Notes under the pieces: generated by a model
The model's database searches: none
What the model saw: only the letters and a program-made list of their open reading frames with translations
What the model was told of the DNA's origin: nothing
Made by a program: the position numbers and the translations under genes
Part shown: positions 55,564 through 64,000 of the stretch, piece by piece
Layout of the letters: every line of letters starts with the position of its first letter
Numbering within the stretch: the stretch's first letter is position 1
NCBI GenBank assembly: GCA_965221275.1
Contig: OZ244875.1
Location: 2,704,623-2,768,622, forward strand
DNA from: Phototrophicaceae bacterium
GTDB taxonomy: Bacteria > Chloroflexota > Anaerolineae > Aggregatilineales > Phototrophicaceae
DNA length: 64,000 nucleotides
Direction of reading: 5' to 3'

Positions 55564-56586
55564 TCATTCGACCGCGGCGAGACGATCGGCATATTGACGC
55601 CGATAATAATCCAGGTATTCGCCGGTCTTGATTTTGCGCCACCACCATTCGTTATCCCGGTACCAACGCACTGTCGCTTCCAACCCTTGATCGAAGTCAA
55701 ATTGCCGTTGCCAGCCCAAATCCCGCGCTTTTTCCGCAGTCATGGCATATCGTCGATCATGCCCCTCACGATCGGGCACATGCTTGATCAGGGATTTTGG
55801 TTTATCGAGCAAGCTCAGAATGCGATGGGTGACATCAATATTGAAGCGCTGGTTTTCGCCCGCGAGGTTGTAGGCTTGCCCCGGCTCGCCATCATGCAGG
55901 ATACGATCGACGCCCCGCGCGTGGTCATCCACATAGAGCCAATCCCGAATTTGCTTTCCATCGCCGTAGAGCGGCAAGGGACGGTCCTCGATGGCTTCAG
56001 TGGTGAAAAATGGAATTAACTTCTCTGGGTATTGATAGGGTCCGTAAGTATTGCTGCCACGGGTGATGACTGTATTCATATCGTAGGTGACATGGTAAGC
56101 GCGCACCATCAGTTCGCCGCCGGCTTTGCTGGCTGCATAGGGGCTATTGGGCAGAAAGCGGTCATCTTCAACCGAATGGCCCTCCTCAATATCCCCGTAT
56201 ACCTCATCGGTGGATACCTGGCAGAAGCGCTCGATACCATGCTGGCGCCCTTCATCGAGCAGGATATAGGTTCCAACCACATCTGTATGGATAAAAGCAT
56301 CGGGAGCGAGGATGCTGCGGTCGACATGGCTCTCGGCGGCGAAATTGACAACCGTATCAATATCGTAGGTTTCAAGAATGTGACGAACAGTTAGGCGATC
56401 AGCGATATCACCGCGCTCGAAGCGATAATTCTCCTCATCGCTGACTGACAGCAGGTTGTCAAGATTGCCCGCGTAAGTGAGTTTGTCATAACAGATGATA
56501 TTGTAATGGGGATAGGTGTAAACCATGTGGCGAACAAAGGCGCTGCCGATAAAGCCGGCGCCGCCTGTGACCAGGATATTCTTCAT
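55564..56586 (-). CDS. rmlB: dTDP-glucose 4,6-dehydratase
   Basis: MKNILVTGGAGFIGS, STDEVYG, YAASKAG. Confidence 0.92.
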   Translation of the reverse strand: MKNILVTGGAGFIGSAFVRHMVYTYPHYNIICYDKLTYAGNLDNLLSVSDEENYRFERGDIADRLTVRHILETYDIDTVVNFAAESHVDRSILAPDAFIHTDVVGTYILLDEGRQHGIERFCQVSTDEVYGDIEEGHSVEDDRFLPNSPYAASKAGGELMVRAYHVTYDMNTVITRGSNTYGPYQYPEKLIPFFTTEAIEDRPLPLYGDGKQIRDWLYVDDHARGVDRILHDGEPGQAYNLAGENQRFNIDVTHRILSLLDKPKSLIKHVPDREGHDRRYAMTAEKARDLGWQRQFDFDQGLEATVRWYRDNEWWWRKIKTGEYLDYYRRQYADRLAAVE

Positions 56587-56617
56587 ATCTGCTGCATCCT
56601 TTCCCAGTTCTCAATCG

Positions 56618-57688
56618 TTATACCCACAAGGTACTGTGATCACCGAGGTTCATCTTGATACCGCTGGGCTTTTCATCGCGGTGCTTGACCGTCGCATTCC
56701 TGCCGATGAGGCTGTCGCGCAAAGCCTGGTCGATATCGAGGATGCGGCAGTTTTCCAGGACGATGCTGCGTTCGATGTGGCAATTGCGAATTTGACAGCC
56801 ATTATAAATGCTGGTGAAAGGACCGACATAACTGTTTTCAATCAGCGTGTTCTTGCCGATAACAGTAGGTCCCCGCAAGGTACTATTGACGATTTTGGCG
56901 CCGGCTTGCACGGTAACACGCGCATCCACCTGCGACCGTTCGTCGATGTCAGCATCGGCGGCAATCACCGGCTCGATTTCTTCCAGCACAAAACTATTCG
57001 CTTCCAGCATATCGGTGGGTTTGCCTGTGTCGATCCACCAGCCACAGTGGATATGCGGGAAAACCGTGTATCCATGTTCGATCAGCCATTGTATGGCATC
57101 GGTGATCTCGTATTCACCTCGCGCGGAAGGCTTTATAGCGTTGACCGCTTCAAAAATGTGATGGTCGAACATATATATGCCGACCAGCGCCAGATCGCTC
57201 GGTGGCTGTTTCGGTTTTTCGATCAGCTGCTCAATGCTGCCATCAGCACGCAGCTTGGCAACGCCATAAGCCGAGGGGTTTTCCACCGCTTTCAGCACAA
57301 TCTGGCTGTTCCAGGCATTATTGGCGAAGTCCCGAATTAATGCGCTGATGCCACCTTGGATCACATTGTCGCCCAAGAACATCACGAAGGGATCATCACC
57401 CAGGAAGTCCTGCGAAATCTTAACCGCCTGCGCCAAGCCATCCGGACTTTCTTGATGAATGTAGCACAGACTGACATCCCATTGGGAGCCGTCCCCCAGG
57501 GCATCCTTTATCTCCGGCGCGGTATGCCCGACCACAATGCCGATCTCGCGCACGCCAGCTTCTCGAATCGCTTCAATCACGCGCACCAGCACTGGTTTGT
57601 TGGCGACAGGGATCAATTGCTTGGCGCGGGTATAAGTCAAAGGGTAGAGGCGGGTTCCCTTGCCGCCACTGAGGATGAGTCCTTTCAT
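56618..57688 (-). CDS. rmlA: Glucose-1-phosphate thymidylyltransferase, long form with a C-terminal left-handed beta-helix
   Basis: MKGLILSGGKGTRLYPLTYTRAKQLIPVANKP. C-terminal hexapeptide-repeat-like region. Start chosen at ATG 57688. Confidence 0.8.
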   Translation of the reverse strand: MKGLILSGGKGTRLYPLTYTRAKQLIPVANKPVLVRVIEAIREAGVREIGIVVGHTAPEIKDALGDGSQWDVSLCYIHQESPDGLAQAVKISQDFLGDDPFVMFLGDNVIQGGISALIRDFANNAWNSQIVLKAVENPSAYGVAKLRADGSIEQLIEKPKQPPSDLALVGIYMFDHHIFEAVNAIKPSARGEYEITDAIQWLIEHGYTVFPHIHCGWWIDTGKPTDMLEANSFVLEEIEPVIAADADIDERSQVDARVTVQAGAKIVNSTLRGPTVIGKNTLIENSYVGPFTSIYNGCQIRNCHIERSIVLENCRILDIDQALRDSLIGRNATVKHRDEKPSGIKMNLGDHSTLWV

Positions 57689-57718
57689 TATCGAAAATGG
57701 TCTCCTTCTTGAGAGCAC

Positions 57719-58372
57719 TTAATAAGCGAATCTGTTGTCGCGCGGTGCGTTGGTCAACACAGCGCCAACGATGCGCACATGCACACGCTCCAGCGCTTGC
57801 CGAGCTTGGGCTGTGTGATCGCGACGGGTATCGCCCGCGCGTATCGCCAAAAGGGCGCCATCCAATTTGATGCCTAATAGCGCGGCATCTGTCGCCGCCA
57901 ATATGGGTGGGCTGTCAAATAACACGTAGTCAGCCCGCTCTTTGAGGGCGGTGATGATCTTGTCCATACGCTTGCCACTCAGCAAGTCAGCCGGGTTAGG
58001 TGGCAAATCGCCAGCCGCCAGCAACTGCAGGTTCTCGACTTGCGTTTTTTGCAGCGGTGGTTGGTCGATAGCGCTGTCGTCAACCATCATGTCGCTCAGC
58101 CCGGGGCTGCGGTTAAGGTCCCAGATTTCCTGCTGTTGCGGCTGTCTCAAATCGGAATCGACCAAGATGGTCTCGTTACCGCTCTGGGCGAAGGTGACGG
58201 CTAAATTGGCAAGCGTGATGCTCTTTTGGTCTTCCCGCGCGGCTGATGTCACCAGCAGAGTGCGGATCGGGCTTTCCACGCTGCTGAACATCAAATTGGT
58301 GCGCAAGCTGCGATATGCCTCGGCGGCGGCGGATCGAGGTTGAGATAGCGTGATCAGGTTTTCAATCGCCAT
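57719..58372 (-). CDS. CpsD/CapB-type BY-kinase-like protein with a degenerate Walker A
   Basis: AEAYRSLRTNLMF, Walker A' ILVDSDLRQP and Walker B VLFDSPPI are present. The P-loop position reads AAREDQKS (nt 58220-58243) instead of GEGKS/T. There is only one C-terminal Tyr. Confidence 0.7.
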   Translation of the reverse strand: MAIENLITLSQPRSAAAEAYRSLRTNLMFSSVESPIRTLLVTSAAREDQKSITLANLAVTFAQSGNETILVDSDLRQPQQQEIWDLNRSPGLSDMMVDDSAIDQPPLQKTQVENLQLLAAGDLPPNPADLLSGKRMDKIITALKERADYVLFDSPPILAATDAALLGIKLDGALLAIRAGDTRRDHTAQARQALERVHVRIVGAVLTNAPRDNRFAY

Positions 58373-58522
58373 AGTTGTTCCTGCCTGCTTTCAACTGTCC
58401 TACTACATATTCGAAATGTCAATTTCCCTCATGCTAACACGCCCATTTTAGCTGATACGCTTGCTAGTCGTCAGGGCGAAACCAGCGCGCCACCATACTT
58501 ACATCCGCAACCGCAATATGCC

Positions 58523-59395
58523 TCATTTCTGCCGCCTAAAATCCAGCTCGACTGGCTGCATTGCCTCAAAATCCAAAGCTGCGGCGATGTCGCGCAATGT
58601 CCTGCAGTTTAGAGGATGAACAAAATCCGGACTTAGATCCGCCAGTGGAACAGCCACATGGGCAACCTGGAGGATGTCTGGGTCGGGGATTACCCAGGGT
58701 TTCGCCCCGTATTCCAGCATCTCATCATTCCATAATGAGATGTCAAGGTCGATGGTGCGCGGCGCATTTTTGTTGTTAGGATCTCGCCGCCGCTCTAGCT
58801 CCAGTTCGATGCGGTCAATCACCTCAGTTTTGAATTGGATTGGGCTGCGTAATGTGTAGATCTTGACAGCCATGTTGAGGAAGGGCGCTTGCCCCAAATA
58901 ACCTTGGGGCGGGCTACGGTACACCGGCGATAAGGCCAGCACTGTAGTATAGCGCCGCAAAAGCGCAATTGCCTTCGCCAGGTTTTCCTCTGGCGCAATG
59001 TTGGACCCCAATGAGACAAATATCAGATTTCGCTCGTAATCCGCCGCGCGCCTGGCGATACGAATGCCCACCGAATCCGAACGGCGTAAAGCACCCGGCT
59101 TGTCCAAACTGACTTCGATGAAAGGGGCACCATACTCGATTATTGCCAAGCGGGCGATCTCTTCCGCCAGCTTCTCCACCAGCGAAAAGCGGGACCCTTC
59201 CACTAGCTCGATGATCGCTTTATTGAGAGGCTTGTAGTTAAAGGCATCCGCTGGATTGTCGCTTTCCCCAGCACGCCGCGAGGGGCAGCCAAGCCGCAAG
59301 CTAATCACAATATCTTGCGCCGCGTCAAGCTCGTGAGCGCTGAAACCGATGATGCTGCGCAGGCGCAGGTTCTTGATCTCTATGATGTCCATCAA
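58523..59395 (-). CDS. Bifunctional dihydroneopterin aldolase / HPPK (FolB-FolK fusion)
   Basis: The N-terminus IEIKNLRLRSIIGFSAHE is FolB-like. The C-terminal half has IFVSLGSNIAPEENL and RTIDLDISLW (HPPK). Confidence 0.8.
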   Translation of the reverse strand: MMDIIEIKNLRLRSIIGFSAHELDAAQDIVISLRLGCPSRRAGESDNPADAFNYKPLNKAIIELVEGSRFSLVEKLAEEIARLAIIEYGAPFIEVSLDKPGALRRSDSVGIRIARRAADYERNLIFVSLGSNIAPEENLAKAIALLRRYTTVLALSPVYRSPPQGYLGQAPFLNMAVKIYTLRSPIQFKTEVIDRIELELERRRDPNNKNAPRTIDLDISLWNDEMLEYGAKPWVIPDPDILQVAHVAVPLADLSPDFVHPLNCRTLRDIAAALDFEAMQPVELDFRRQK

Positions 59396-59533
59396 ATATC
59401 CGCTGCATCTGTATTCGCAAGAAGTTTAGCACGGAAAACTTTTTTCAGGCTTGCTAATTCGATGTATTTCATCTATGCTAAGTTTGTCGTGTGAGCTAGA
59501 AGCTGTAAATTCAATACCTTTAACAAACCAGTA

Positions 59534-59562
59534 TTGCATATAACTTGGCAAGTATCTATAAT
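59534..59562 (+). promoter_or_regulatory. Putative sigma-70-type promoter for folE
   Basis: TTGCAT (59534-59539), a 17-nt spacer, then TATAAT (59557-59562), in an AT-rich divergent intergenic region. Confidence 0.45.
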
Positions 59563-59652
59563 TTTAGCCAACTAAACATATCGATACGGAAAGCTCCATC
59601 ACACGCATAAGGACAATTAAATGACGTACCGTGGAAACAGATTGGCTGTTAT

Positions 59653-60327
59653 ATGAGCAGCCATGAAACGCAAGTGGTCACCGTTGAAGAAAATGGCATT
59701 CAGCAAAAGCTCGAATCAGAGGAGCTGCTGAAGCGCTTTGGCTTGAATTCCAAACTGGTTGATGAATCCACCGTCATGCGCTCAGTGGCGGAAATATTGT
59801 CTGCAATCGGCGAGAACCCCGACCGAGCTGGCTTGACCGATACCCCTAAACGAGTCGCCAAAGCTTATCGCGAATTGGTCAGCGGTTACACGACCAATCC
59901 GGTCGAGCTGCTCAACAATGCCATCTTTGATATTGAACATGACGATATGGTGGTCGTCAGCAATATCGAGTATTCTAGCCTCTGTGAACATCATCTTTTG
60001 CCTTTTATCGGTCATGCCCATGTCGCCTATATTCCCAATCGAAAGATCGTCGGGCTGAGCAAAATCCCCCGTATCATCGATATGTTCTCGCGGCGCTTGC
60101 AGGTGCAAGAGCGGCTGACGCGGCAAGTTGCCGAGTTTATTGACGAAGTCTTGGAGCCACAAGGCGTTGCCGTGGTGATGACGGCGCAACATATGTGCTC
60201 GATGATTCGCGGCGTCAAAAAGCATGACTCCAACATGACCACCAGCGTGATGCTGGGCGAGTTCAAGCATAACCAGCATCTGCGCAGCGAATTCCTGATA
60301 CATGTTCAGCGATCAAATAAGCTCTAG
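59653..60327 (+). CDS. folE: GTP cyclohydrolase I
   Basis: [39 protein letters not shown]. Confidence 0.92.
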   Translation: MSSHETQVVTVEENGIQQKLESEELLKRFGLNSKLVDESTVMRSVAEILSAIGENPDRAGLTDTPKRVAKAYRELVSGYTTNPVELLNNAIFDIEHDDMVVVSNIEYSSLCEHHLLPFIGHAHVAYIPNRKIVGLSKIPRIIDMFSRRLQVQERLTRQVAEFIDEVLEPQGVAVVMTAQHMCSMIRGVKKHDSNMTTSVMLGEFKHNQHLRSEFLIHVQRSNKL

Positions 60328-60373
60328 CAAGACTAACTCTAATTGCCTTTTCCGTCTTCCTCTTCAATTCGCT

Positions 60374-60401
60374 TTGCAGCAATTTTGAACTATGATATAA
60401 T
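60374..60401 (+). promoter_or_regulatory. Putative promoter with extended -10 for the SAM riboswitch and metK
   Basis: TTGCAG (60374-60379), a 16-nt spacer containing TG (60393-60394), then TATAAT (60396-60401). Confidence 0.5.
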
Positions 60402-60432
60402 CTCCAATACCGCGGTTGGCAAGATCCGCGGA

Positions 60433-60535
60433 CTCATCAAGAGCGAGTGAGAGAACCGGCTCCAAGAACTCGCGGCAACCCCCCGTATATTGGGACGGTG
60501 CTAAATCCGGCAGGGTATCTACTCTGGCAGATGAG
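60433..60535 (+). ncRNA. SAM-I (S-box) riboswitch aptamer
   Basis: CUCAUCAAGAG...GAGAACCGGCUCC...GCGGCAACC...GGUGCUAAAUCCGGCAG...GGCAGAUGAG. The P1 halves are ctcatc (60433-38) and gatgag (60530-35). It lies directly upstream of metK. Confidence 0.85.
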
Positions 60536-60554
60536 CGTATCTGAGTGAAACATT

Positions 60555-60589
60555 CCTGCGCCCGCTGCCCCGCAAGGCGTTTTTGTTTT
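60555..60589 (+). terminator. Riboswitch expression-platform terminator
   Basis: GC-rich hairpin (cgcc-c-gc / gc-aa-ggcg, 60559-60579) immediately followed by tttttgtttt (60580-60589). RBS aaagga and ATG 60606 follow. Confidence 0.6.
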
Positions 60590-60605
60590 CAATGAAAGGA
60601 CAATC

Positions 60606-61820
60606 ATGTCAACCACATTCATGACATCCCCCAAATACTTCTTCACATCGGAGTCGGTTTCCGAAGGGCACCCCGACAAAATGTGCGACCAAATTAGCGA
60701 TGCCATCCTGGATGCTATTCTGGAGCAGGATCCAATGGCGCGGGTCGCTTGCGAAGTGGCGACGACCACCGGACTGGTGGTGGTGATGGGGGAAATTACC
60801 ACCAAAGCATATGTTGAAATTGAGCGGATCGTCCGCGATACAGTCCGGGATATCGGCTACACCGATTCGAGTTACGGCTTTGACGCCGAAACTTGTGCTG
60901 TAATCATCTCAGTCAAAGAACAATCTGCCGATATAAAACAAGGTGTCGATACCGCTTTGGAAGCTCGTGAAGGCGAAATGTCAGATGCCGAAATCGAAGC
61001 CACCGGCGCTGGCGACCAAGGTATGATGATCGGGTTCGCCTGTGATGAGACCGCCGAGCTTATGCCGCTGACCGTCTCACTGGCACAAGGTTTGACCCGC
61101 CGCCTGGCTGCCGCGCGCAAAAGTGGCGAGTTGCCTTGGCTGCGCCCAGACGCCAAAAGCCAGGTCACTGTCGAATACGCTTGCGGGAAGCCGCAACGGG
61201 TGGATACCATCGTGATCTCGACCCAGCATGCACCAGAGATCGAACAAGCGGATATCCGAAGCCAGATCATCGATTCCATCGTGCACAAAGTCGTACCTGC
61301 CGAGCTGATAGATGCACAGACCCGCTTCTTCATCAATCCAACCGGGCGCTTTGTCACCGGCGGACCACTAGGGGATGCCGGTTTGACCGGGCGCAAGATC
61401 ATTGTCGATACCTATGGTGGTGTTGCCCGGCATGGTGGCGGCGCATTTTCCGGCAAAGACAGCACTAAGGTCGATCGCAGCGCGGCCTACATGGCTCGCT
61501 ATGTTGCCAAGAACATCGTCAAAGCTGGGCTAGCCAAACGATTTGAATTGCAACTCTCATACGCCATCGCCAAGGCAGAGCCAACATCGCTTTCGGTTGA
61601 AACATTTGGCACTGGCATCGTCAGCGACCAGGAAATCGAAGCTCTCATCAAGAAACATTTTGACCTGCGCCCCGCGGCCATCATCCGCGATCTGGGCTTG
61701 CGGCGTCCGATCTTCAAGCAAGTGGCAGCATACGGACACTTCGGACGTGAAGATGTCGATGTGCCTTGGGAACAGACCGACAAAGCCGATATGTTGCGCC
61801 GGGAAGCGGGCTTGACCTGA
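60606..61820 (+). CDS. metK: S-adenosylmethionine synthetase
   Basis: [48 protein letters not shown]. Confidence 0.95.
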   Translation: MSTTFMTSPKYFFTSESVSEGHPDKMCDQISDAILDAILEQDPMARVACEVATTTGLVVVMGEITTKAYVEIERIVRDTVRDIGYTDSSYGFDAETCAVIISVKEQSADIKQGVDTALEAREGEMSDAEIEATGAGDQGMMIGFACDETAELMPLTVSLAQGLTRRLAAARKSGELPWLRPDAKSQVTVEYACGKPQRVDTIVISTQHAPEIEQADIRSQIIDSIVHKVVPAELIDAQTRFFINPTGRFVTGGPLGDAGLTGRKIIVDTYGGVARHGGGAFSGKDSTKVDRSAAYMARYVAKNIVKAGLAKRFELQLSYAIAKAEPTSLSVETFGTGIVSDQEIEALIKKHFDLRPAAIIRDLGLRRPIFKQVAAYGHFGREDVDVPWEQTDKADMLRREAGLT

Positions 61821-61853
61821 TTGTAATTGCAGCATCTCGAGCAGGGAAATGCT

Positions 61854-62765
61854 ATGAGCCAGCGACCACGCATCTGTCAGTATGGCGATTCCACCTATCG
61901 GCAAGACTTCTGGGAAGGGCAGGGGCGCAACTACGAAGATACCGTTGAACGCCATGTCCTGGCACAATTGCTGCCCAAAAGTGGTCACCGTTTGCTAGAA
62001 ATTGGCGCGGGCTACGGCAGAATTACTGGCGAATACCACATGTATCAGCAGGTGGTATTGCTCGATTATTCCCTGGAACAACTACAATACGCGCGGCAAC
62101 AATTGGGAGATACTGGCTATCTTTATGTGGCGGCCGATGCTTATCGCATGCCGTTCCAAACCGGCGTCTTTGATGCCGCCACTATGATTCGTGTCATCCA
62201 TCATTTTGAAAATGTCCCGGCAGTTTTGGAACAGATCTACAATGCTCTGTCAGACCGAAGCAAGTTCATCCTCGAATACGCCAACAAACGCAATCTAAAA
62301 GCGATGCTGCGGCACCTGCTGGGCAAAAATCGTTGGAATCCTTACTCGCTTGATCCGGTCGAATTCGTCGAGCTCAATTTCAACTTCCATCCTGATTATA
62401 TGGCGCGGCAGCTTGCCGACGTTGGCTTTGAGCTGCAAGCTGTGGCGCCGGTATCCTGGTTTCGCTTGGGCTTGCTCAAACGCGCATTGCCCACCGCCAT
62501 GCTGGCCAATCTGGATACCCTCATGCAACGCACTGGTTGGCAAGTTTCGCCAAGTATATTCCTCGATTTGGGATTGCGGCGGGAAGAGACCGCGACCACA
62601 GTGAGCGCTTCAGAGGACCCGCTCGCCATCTTCAAATGTCCCGAATCCGGCACCTCGCTGCGCCGTCAAGGGGAGGCGCTAATAAGTGAAAATGGACTTC
62701 GTTGGGGCATTTGCCAAGGCGTTTATGATTTCCGCCAACCCCTGGATTCACTCCACCCAGATTAA
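61854..62765 (+). CDS. Class I SAM-dependent methyltransferase with a C-terminal Trm112-like segment
   Basis: LLEIGAGYGRITGEY (motif I). The C-terminal IFKCPESGTSLRRQGEALISENGLRWGICQGVYDF resembles Trm112/UPF0434-type ribbons. Start ATG 61854, 33 nt after metK. Confidence 0.7.
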   Translation: MSQRPRICQYGDSTYRQDFWEGQGRNYEDTVERHVLAQLLPKSGHRLLEIGAGYGRITGEYHMYQQVVLLDYSLEQLQYARQQLGDTGYLYVAADAYRMPFQTGVFDAATMIRVIHHFENVPAVLEQIYNALSDRSKFILEYANKRNLKAMLRHLLGKNRWNPYSLDPVEFVELNFNFHPDYMARQLADVGFELQAVAPVSWFRLGLLKRALPTAMLANLDTLMQRTGWQVSPSIFLDLGLRREETATTVSASEDPLAIFKCPESGTSLRRQGEALISENGLRWGICQGVYDFRQPLDSLHPD

Positions 62766-62779
62766 CCTTATGTACTCCA

Positions 62780-63541
62780 TCAAAAATGCGCAAGCCAAGC
62801 ATCGAGCTGCTCGACAACTTTGGTTGGTTGCTCAAGCAGCATCATGTGACCAGCTTGGGGGATAACAATTAGCTTGGAGCCCTCGATTCCCCGTTCCAGT
62901 TCCTCGCTGAGCGCGGTCGGCGTCATCATGTCATTTTCCCCGGCGATAATCAACGTTGGGATGTCGATTTCACACAGGCGGTTTCTGATATCAAAATTGT
63001 CGCAGGCGATGAAATCATTTTGAATCACAAATGGGGGAGTCCCTCTTATCACTTGCGCCGATTCCTCCCGCAAGTCGGCCGCCGTCTCTTTTGACCACAT
63101 CCAGCGAACGAGATTATCAATAGTCGATTCTGTCTCAGCAATGATTCCATGGATCAAGGCGGGATTAACAGGCAGCCGGGGGCCTGTGCCAACTAGCACC
63201 AAAGCTAATACGCGCTCTGGCTGCTGCAATGCCTGCCACTGGGCGATGGCGCCACCCATGCTGTGCCCCATCAGGATTGCCTTTTCAATCTCTAAGGCAT
63301 CCATCAACGCGACCAGATCCAGCGCATAATCAGCGATGCTGCAATGCCCCGCGCCTTCGCTAGCGCCATGACCATTCAGATCGACTAACACAGCGTTTAT
63401 CAACTTATGCCGGCGCAACTCTTTGGGAAAGCTCAAGTGAGAACCGCCAGCGCCGTGGATCAGGATCGATGTGATCGGCGAATGCTCGCGGCGATGGTCG
63501 GCAATCCAAAAGTTGCCGCGCTTTGTCTCAATCGTCGGCAT
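62780..63541 (-). CDS. Alpha/beta-fold hydrolase
   Basis: 253 aa. HGAGGS and the nucleophile elbow GHSMGGAIA. Confidence 0.8.
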   Translation of the reverse strand: MPTIETKRGNFWIADHRREHSPITSILIHGAGGSHLSFPKELRRHKLINAVLVDLNGHGASEGAGHCSIADYALDLVALMDALEIEKAILMGHSMGGAIAQWQALQQPERVLALVLVGTGPRLPVNPALIHGIIAETESTIDNLVRWMWSKETAADLREESAQVIRGTPPFVIQNDFIACDNFDIRNRLCEIDIPTLIIAGENDMMTPTALSEELERGIEGSKLIVIPQAGHMMLLEQPTKVVEQLDAWLAHF

Positions 63542-63631
63542 AATGATACAAAAATATACCTGAATAGAAAACAGCTCAACCAGCCGCGATTATATTGACC
63601 TTATGTCCCGGTCGCAAATCATAGGTCCACA

Positions 63632-63657
63632 GTAGCCAAATTCAAGAGTTTGGCTAC
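63632..63657. repeat. Perfect 9-bp inverted repeat (hairpin) in the divergent intergenic region
   Basis: gtagccaaa (63632-63640) / tttggctac (63649-63657), with loop ttcaagag. Confidence 0.8.
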
Positions 63658-63719
63658 AATCATTTATCAGAACACGATAGTCCGCTGATCACCCGTTAAA
63701 AAGGAGCGCAATCTTGAAA

Positions 63720-64000
63720 ATGGAACAGCAAGATCTATCCCAGCCGAAGACGGCAGCGCAATACCTGCGTCTGCTTTTGACGGGATTTGCCATGGGCGCG
63801 GCTGATATTGTCCCCGGCGTCAGCGGCGGCACAATGGCTTTCATCCTCGGTGTTTATGAAAACCTGATCGACGCGATCAAATCTTTTAACTTGGGCGCGC
63901 TTCGCCTGTTGCTCAACCTCAAGTTTAGCCAATTGCTGGACCATGTTTCATTTCGTTTTTTGCTGCCATTGGGCTTGGGCTTGCTGTCTGCTGTGCTGCT
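63720..64000 (+). CDS. DUF368-family membrane protein, 3'-truncated by the window edge
   Basis: My own translation is MEQQDLSQPKTAAQYLRLLLTGFAMGAADIVPGVSGGTMAFILGVYENLIDAIK... The GxAxxxPGVSGGTxAxxxGxY segment is the DUF368 hallmark. RBS AAGGAG is at 63701-63706. It is absent from the track because there is no stop before the window end. Confidence 0.75.
   Translation, partial: MEQQDLSQPKTAAQYLRLLLTGFAMGAADIVPGVSGGTMAFILGVYENLIDAIKSFNLGALRLLLNLKFSQLLDHVSFRFLLPLGLGLLSAVL

Noticed and set aside
56525-57340. 271-aa plus-strand ORF overlapping rmlB/rmlA
   Set aside because: It is antisense to two confidently assigned rml genes.
60437-60805. 122-aa minus-strand ORF spanning the SAM riboswitch and the metK 5' end
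   Set aside because: The region is explained by a well-matching S-box aptamer, a terminator and metK.
1-64000. Search for CRISPR arrays, tRNA/rRNA genes, IS elements, integrases and prophage genes
   Set aside because: I could not see regularly spaced direct repeats, cloverleaf-like conserved tRNA segments, transposase or integrase motifs, or phage structural genes. My reading of 64 kb by eye is not exhaustive.

Overview
This is a 64-kb chromosomal segment from a moderately GC-rich bacterium. Gene content and the presence of very large STAND proteins suggest a filamentous Chloroflexota-like organism, but that is only a guess. I call about 60 protein-coding genes. I see no rRNA or tRNA genes, no CRISPR array and no recognisable transposase or integrase. 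Most of the window is housekeeping: a LivFGMH-type ABC importer with two tandem binding-protein paralogs, fabF, an M16 peptidase pair, trmB, rpoD/sigA, modAB, icd, RNase J, comEA, lipA, a bactofilin, folBK and folE, and a SAM-I riboswitch in front of metK plus a methyltransferase. A long minus-strand polysaccharide locus is also present (Wzz-like, GT4, two GT2, rmlD-rmlB-rmlA, a BY-kinase-like gene, with rnhB embedded). Two accessory regions stand out. (1) At 1.6-10.3 kb there is a tightly packed four-gene minus-strand operon: TIR-NACHT-HEAT (1331 aa), TIR-FGE-sulfatase-like (572 aa), a small protein of about 170-180 aa, and a stand-alone NACHT NTPase (802 aa). The first two genes are linked by an ATGA overlap. 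The small protein and the NACHT N-terminus share a GHV[VI]FAG[RQ]D motif. This is my best candidate for an uncharacterised immune/conflict system. (2) At 23.2-26.0 kb there is a redox cluster in which two genes appear split in the ORF track. The splits are in-frame TGA codons that sit exactly at redox-motif cysteine positions (AhpD-like C-x-Y-U-x-x-H-H, and a U-G-S-C motif). Each TGA is followed by a hairpin. They are probable selenoproteins flanking a thioredoxin-fold fusion protein. Many long antisense 'shadow' ORFs in the track were rejected.
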